Below, one piece after another: positions 60,664-64,000 of a stretch of 64,000 bases of DNA. This stretch comes from a bacterium (GTDB lineage: Bacteria; UBA8248), in contig CBDATS010000002.1 of the NCBI GenBank assembly GCA_965200245.1, forward strand, positions 270,986 through 334,985. Direction: 5' to 3'. Under the pieces are notes generated by a model that did not search any database, had not been told where the DNA came from, and saw only the letters and a list, made by a program, of their open reading frames with translations. The stretch's first letter is position 1. Each line of letters starts with the position of its first letter. The translations under genes were made by a program, and so were the position numbers.

Positions 60664-61491
60664 ATGAACAAACAAGTTTCCCTGAGAGAAGCCGCCGCTC
60701 TCATCAGCGAAGATGACGCCATCAGTCCCGGCGGCACTCTTTTGCACAGAACGCCTGCTGCCCTGATACGTGAAATTGCCCGCTCGGACATTCGGGGTCT
60801 CACCCTCATCAAGCCATCTCCCGGATACGACGCCGACCTGCTTTGCGCCGCAGGCGCCGTGAGCAGAATTATCAGTGGCATAGTCACGTTCGAGGCAGAA
60901 TTCGGCCTGGCGCCTCATTATCGAAAATCGATAGAGAAGGGTTTGACCGGCCTTACAGAACACGCCTGAGCCAGCGTTCTGGCGGGGCTGCGGGCCGCAG
61001 CCTATGGAGTTCCCTTCCAGCCTGTACGTGGATTCGACGGGAGCGACATTCCTGAACAAAGCGGTATCTTCACGTTCGAGGACCCCTATACGAAAGAGGA
61101 ACTCTATGCGATCCCCGCTCTCAAGCCGGACTGGGCGTTGATCCACGTCCAGACATCAGACGCACAGGGAAACGCCCAGATACTGGGTAACCAGCAATTC
61201 GACGTGGAAATGACGCGCGCGGCGCAAAAAGGGGTCATTCTCACAACCGAGAAAATCGTTGACACAGAAGAAATCGCAGCAGAACCGGAGAGAACTGCGA
61301 TTCCGGGCTTTCTTGTCAAGGCGGTCGTGGAAACGCCAGGCGGGGCGTCACCTTGCAGTTGCCATCCATATTACGGAGTGGACAAGGAGGAAATGGGCCG
61401 CTATCTGACCCTGACCCGGGAAGAAGGCGGGCTTCGAAAGTATCTTGCGAGCACTGACCAGAAACGCGAACAAGACGCGGTGACGGAATAA
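60664..61491 (+). CDS. GctA/IpdA-like CoA-transferase-fold alpha subunit, putative selenoprotein (Sec102, TGA 60967-60969)
   Basis: ORFs ending 60969 and starting 61138 are in frame: GGTLLHRTPAALIRE..DLLCAAG..GLAPHYR..EHA-TGA-ASVLAGLRAAAYGVPFQP..DPYT..IPALKPD..HVQTSDAQGN..GGASPCSC. No other lesion. Confidence 0.8.
60970..61002 (+). promoter_or_regulatory. SECIS-like hairpin(s) after in-frame TGA
   Basis: GGCTGCG-GGC-CGCAGCC (60986-61002), G-initiated loop after a 23-nt spacer from UGA; also GCCAG-CGTT-CTGGC (60970-60983). Confidence 0.55.
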
Positions 61492-61493
61492 CC

Positions 61494-62291
61494 ATGGGCA
61501 ACCGACCGGCCTCGCTGCCAGAGCACGTGATCCGTGCCGGCAACCAGATAGCTGTCACCCTCTCCCGCCTTATCAAAAACGGCGAGAAAGTTTTCCACGG
61601 GGTCAACTCACCGCTTCCTATGATTGCGATCTTTTTGGCAAAGAAACTGCATGCTCCCAACTGCTCGCTCATAGAAGTCGCGGGTTCGGTGGACCCCAAA
61701 CCACGCTTCATGCCGAACAGTACTGCCGACCCGGAACTTTGCCACGGCGCGGCTTCCATGTTCTACAATCCGGACATGTACGACCTGGTCTCTCGCGGGG
61801 GAGTGGACCTTGCTTTTCTGGGAGCAGCCCAACTCGACAAGCCGGGACACGCCAACATGAGCTACATCGGCGACCCGTTCCACCCGAAAGTGAGACTCCC
61901 CGGCGGAGGGGGAGGCGCCGTCATCATGCCGCAGGTGAAACGAACCGTCATCTGGAGAACCGTGCACGACAGACGATTTCTCGTACCCCGTGTCGATTTC
62001 TCAACGCAATCGGGCAATCTGAGCAACGTCGTAACGCCCATGGCCCTGTTCGAGAAAAAATCCACCGGGCTCGAGATCGCCAGTGTCCACGCAGGCTACT
62101 CACTGGATGAAGTGATCGAGAAAACGGGCTTCAACCTAGAACGCCCGAGCGTCGTAACGCAAACCCCCGAACCGAGCGCCGGGGAACTGAGCGCTTTGGA
62201 GGAACTCGATCCCGATGGTGTGCGTTTTTCGGAATTTCGTATAAAACCACAGACATTCGTTGGTACGACAAGTGCCCAATTCTCTACATGA
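61494..62291 (+). CDS. GctB/IpdB-like CoA-transferase-fold beta subunit
   Basis: LAKKLHAPN, DLAFLGAAQLDKPGHANMSYIG, VRLPGGGG, VDFST, VIEKTGF. Confidence 0.9.
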   Translation: MGNRPASLPEHVIRAGNQIAVTLSRLIKNGEKVFHGVNSPLPMIAIFLAKKLHAPNCSLIEVAGSVDPKPRFMPNSTADPELCHGAASMFYNPDMYDLVSRGGVDLAFLGAAQLDKPGHANMSYIGDPFHPKVRLPGGGGGAVIMPQVKRTVIWRTVHDRRFLVPRVDFSTQSGNLSNVVTPMALFEKKSTGLEIASVHAGYSLDEVIEKTGFNLERPSVVTQTPEPSAGELSALEELDPDGVRFSEFRIKPQTFVGTTSAQFST

Positions 62292-62328
62292 CGTCTAACT
62301 TCTTCAAACGAAAATTTCGGGGAATTCC

Positions 62329-62970
62329 ATGAGCAAAGAATTGATGAATCGCCTGGAAGGCTATTCGACCTGTCAGGCAGCCGACGCTTTCGATAAGTTG
62401 CAAATCAGAGGTCACATGCCCGACATCATCCTGCTGTCCCCGGATTCGGGATACCGAATGGTGGGAGAAGCACATACCGTTCGAATGGTTCCTGCGGGCG
62501 GCGGCCCTTTGCCAAAGCGTGAGGTGCACCACATCGACGCGGCACCCGAGGGGAGCATTGTCGCCATCAGCATCCCGCCCGGAGTTACGACGGCCAATTG
62601 GGGCGGGATGATGACCACTCGGGCGAAGGTGATGAAATTAGGGGGCGTCGTTCTCGATGGCAGAGCCAGAGATATTGAAGAACACCGACAGATGGGATTC
62701 CCCTTGTTCGCCAGAGGAGTATCGGTTCATGGAAGCAGTGGATATACGGTTCCCGTTGCCGTGGGGGAACCAATCAATTGCGGGGGCGTAACGGTGAGAC
62801 AGGGAGACGTCTTTCTGGGCGACGTCAATGGCGTGGTCGTCATCCCCAGGGAAAGGCTTCAGGAAGTCATCGACAAGATGGATGAACTGGCGGAAATCGA
62901 AGAAAAAATCACCGAGGAACTTGAAAAAGGTATGACCATCGGCGAGGCATTCGCCAGGTACAGAACCTAG
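62329..62970 (+). CDS. RraA family / HMG aldolase-like protein
   Basis: ANWGGMM, GVVLDGRARD, GGVTVRQGDVFLGDVNGVVVIP. Confidence 0.9.
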   Translation: MSKELMNRLEGYSTCQAADAFDKLQIRGHMPDIILLSPDSGYRMVGEAHTVRMVPAGGGPLPKREVHHIDAAPEGSIVAISIPPGVTTANWGGMMTTRAKVMKLGGVVLDGRARDIEEHRQMGFPLFARGVSVHGSSGYTVPVAVGEPINCGGVTVRQGDVFLGDVNGVVVIPRERLQEVIDKMDELAEIEEKITEELEKGMTIGEAFARYRT

Positions 62971-63099
62971 TACGGGGCCACGACAACCGCCTGAAACGTG
63001 ATTGCCGAAAATTGACCCGAAAGTCGCGCCATCTTGTGGCGCAAGACAGAACTGATATAATTGCGCTTCTTTTCGGAAATCCGCCCCAGACTTATCCTG

Positions 63100-63762
63100 A
63101 TGAATTCAATAGACACTACCTCGTGTGCTCTCCCGTTGCGGGCTATTTTCATCCTCGCTGTCTCCATTTTCCTGAGTGGATGCGGCTTGATTCCCAGACT
63201 GATGGGCTACGACATTCCGGCTGACGATTTCCATGGCATCGCTTCGTGGTATGGAGAGCCATACCACGGGCGCAAAACGGCGAACGGCGAAAAGTACAAC
63301 ATGCACGCGCTCACAGCCGCGCACCGCACCCTGCCTTTTGGCTCCATCGTACGGGTGCGCAGAACCGACGATGGGCGGGAAGTGCAGGTGCGAATCAATG
63401 ATCGAGGCCCCTTTCACATCAACCGCGTAATCGACCTCTCACGCGAGGCGGCCCGCCAAATCGGCATGCTGCGCAAAGGCACAACCGAAGTATCCATCGA
63501 ACCCCTCCATATCCCACGAGAGCCCAACAACCCGAAATGGATGATCCTGGTTGGCGGGTTCATGGAAAAAACGCAAGCGCAGGAATTCGCCGATTACTAC
63601 AACGGAAACGGTACAATCTCGGAGATCCGGCCCGGCTGGCACGGCAACTACAATCACTACCATGTCCAGATCAAAGGCCTAGCCGACGAGAGGACAGTAA
63701 AAAGATTGGCGGAAGGATTGCAGCGCAACGGATACGGGGCATTCATCGTACGAGCGAAATGA
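63100..63762 (+). CDS. rlpA: Septal ring lytic transglycosylase RlpA lipoprotein with SPOR-like domain
   Basis: Lipobox [42 protein letters not shown]. Confidence 0.92.
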   Translation: MNSIDTTSCALPLRAIFILAVSIFLSGCGLIPRLMGYDIPADDFHGIASWYGEPYHGRKTANGEKYNMHALTAAHRTLPFGSIVRVRRTDDGREVQVRINDRGPFHINRVIDLSREAARQIGMLRKGTTEVSIEPLHIPREPNNPKWMILVGGFMEKTQAQEFADYYNGNGTISEIRPGWHGNYNHYHVQIKGLADERTVKRLAEGLQRNGYGAFIVRAK

Positions 63763-64000
63763 ACGATTCAGTCTGTATCAATACCTAGCCCGCATTATTC
63801 ATGACGATAGATTTTGTTGGGGTATTGGCTCGTTTTTTCGTCCGGGTTTACGGATTTTGTGAGGTTCAGTCTGTTTTGGTTTGGGGGTTGTCGTTTGGGG
63901 TTGGTTTGCGGCCCTTGCCGCGTTGGTCAGGGTCCTTGAGCGGCGATGCGCTGGAGCATGCTCGCGAGCATCAACTGGTTTGCCGGTCCACATTTACGAA

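Noticed and set aside
1-64000. Genome-wide TGA reassignment (Trp/Gly), suggested by four in-frame TGAs
   Set aside because: Many genes end at TGA at the expected family length, often in ATGA overlaps (2550-2553, 44399-44402, 45607-45610), and long genes such as leuS have no internal TGA.
1-64000. CRISPR array, tRNA (including tRNA-Sec) or rRNA
   Set aside because: No regularly spaced repeats, cloverleaf or rRNA signatures found by eye.
63799-64000. Gene at the right window edge
   Set aside because: Low-complexity 64-aa ORF with a stop immediately upstream; other frames end within a few codons and no family is recognisable.

Overview
GC-rich bacterial chromosomal window, mostly housekeeping and organic-acid catabolic genes (leuS, mgtE, hflX, mqnD, glcDEF-like, prpB with two prpD-like genes, UxaA/SuyAB-like, MFS transporters, M16/M42 peptidases, rlpA). 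Four accessory patches interrupt it: (1) a Dcm-Vsr-EcoRII-like R-M island whose endonuclease has a premature TGA; (2) an NHLP (nitrile-hydratase-like leader) RiPP precursor cassette beside a 72-bp IS256-derived mini-element; (3) a decayed SNF2 helicase/AlbA_2/ParA/DUF1156-methylase locus cut by IS256, followed by a candidate structured RNA and hicAB; (4) a CapH/CapP-regulated E2-only CBASS with lesions in capP and capV. Two genes split in the ORF track read through an in-frame TGA followed by a SECIS-like hairpin. One is a deiodinase-like thioredoxin-fold protein (FGAIT-U-PPF). The other, the most novel item, is a GctA/IpdA-like CoA-transferase alpha subunit whose putative Sec102 appears to sit where IpdA has its catalytic glutamate, while the beta subunit lacks the canonical ESG motif. 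hflX appears to start at ATC. No rRNA, tRNA or CRISPR array was seen. All family calls come from motif recognition by eye; no database searches were run.
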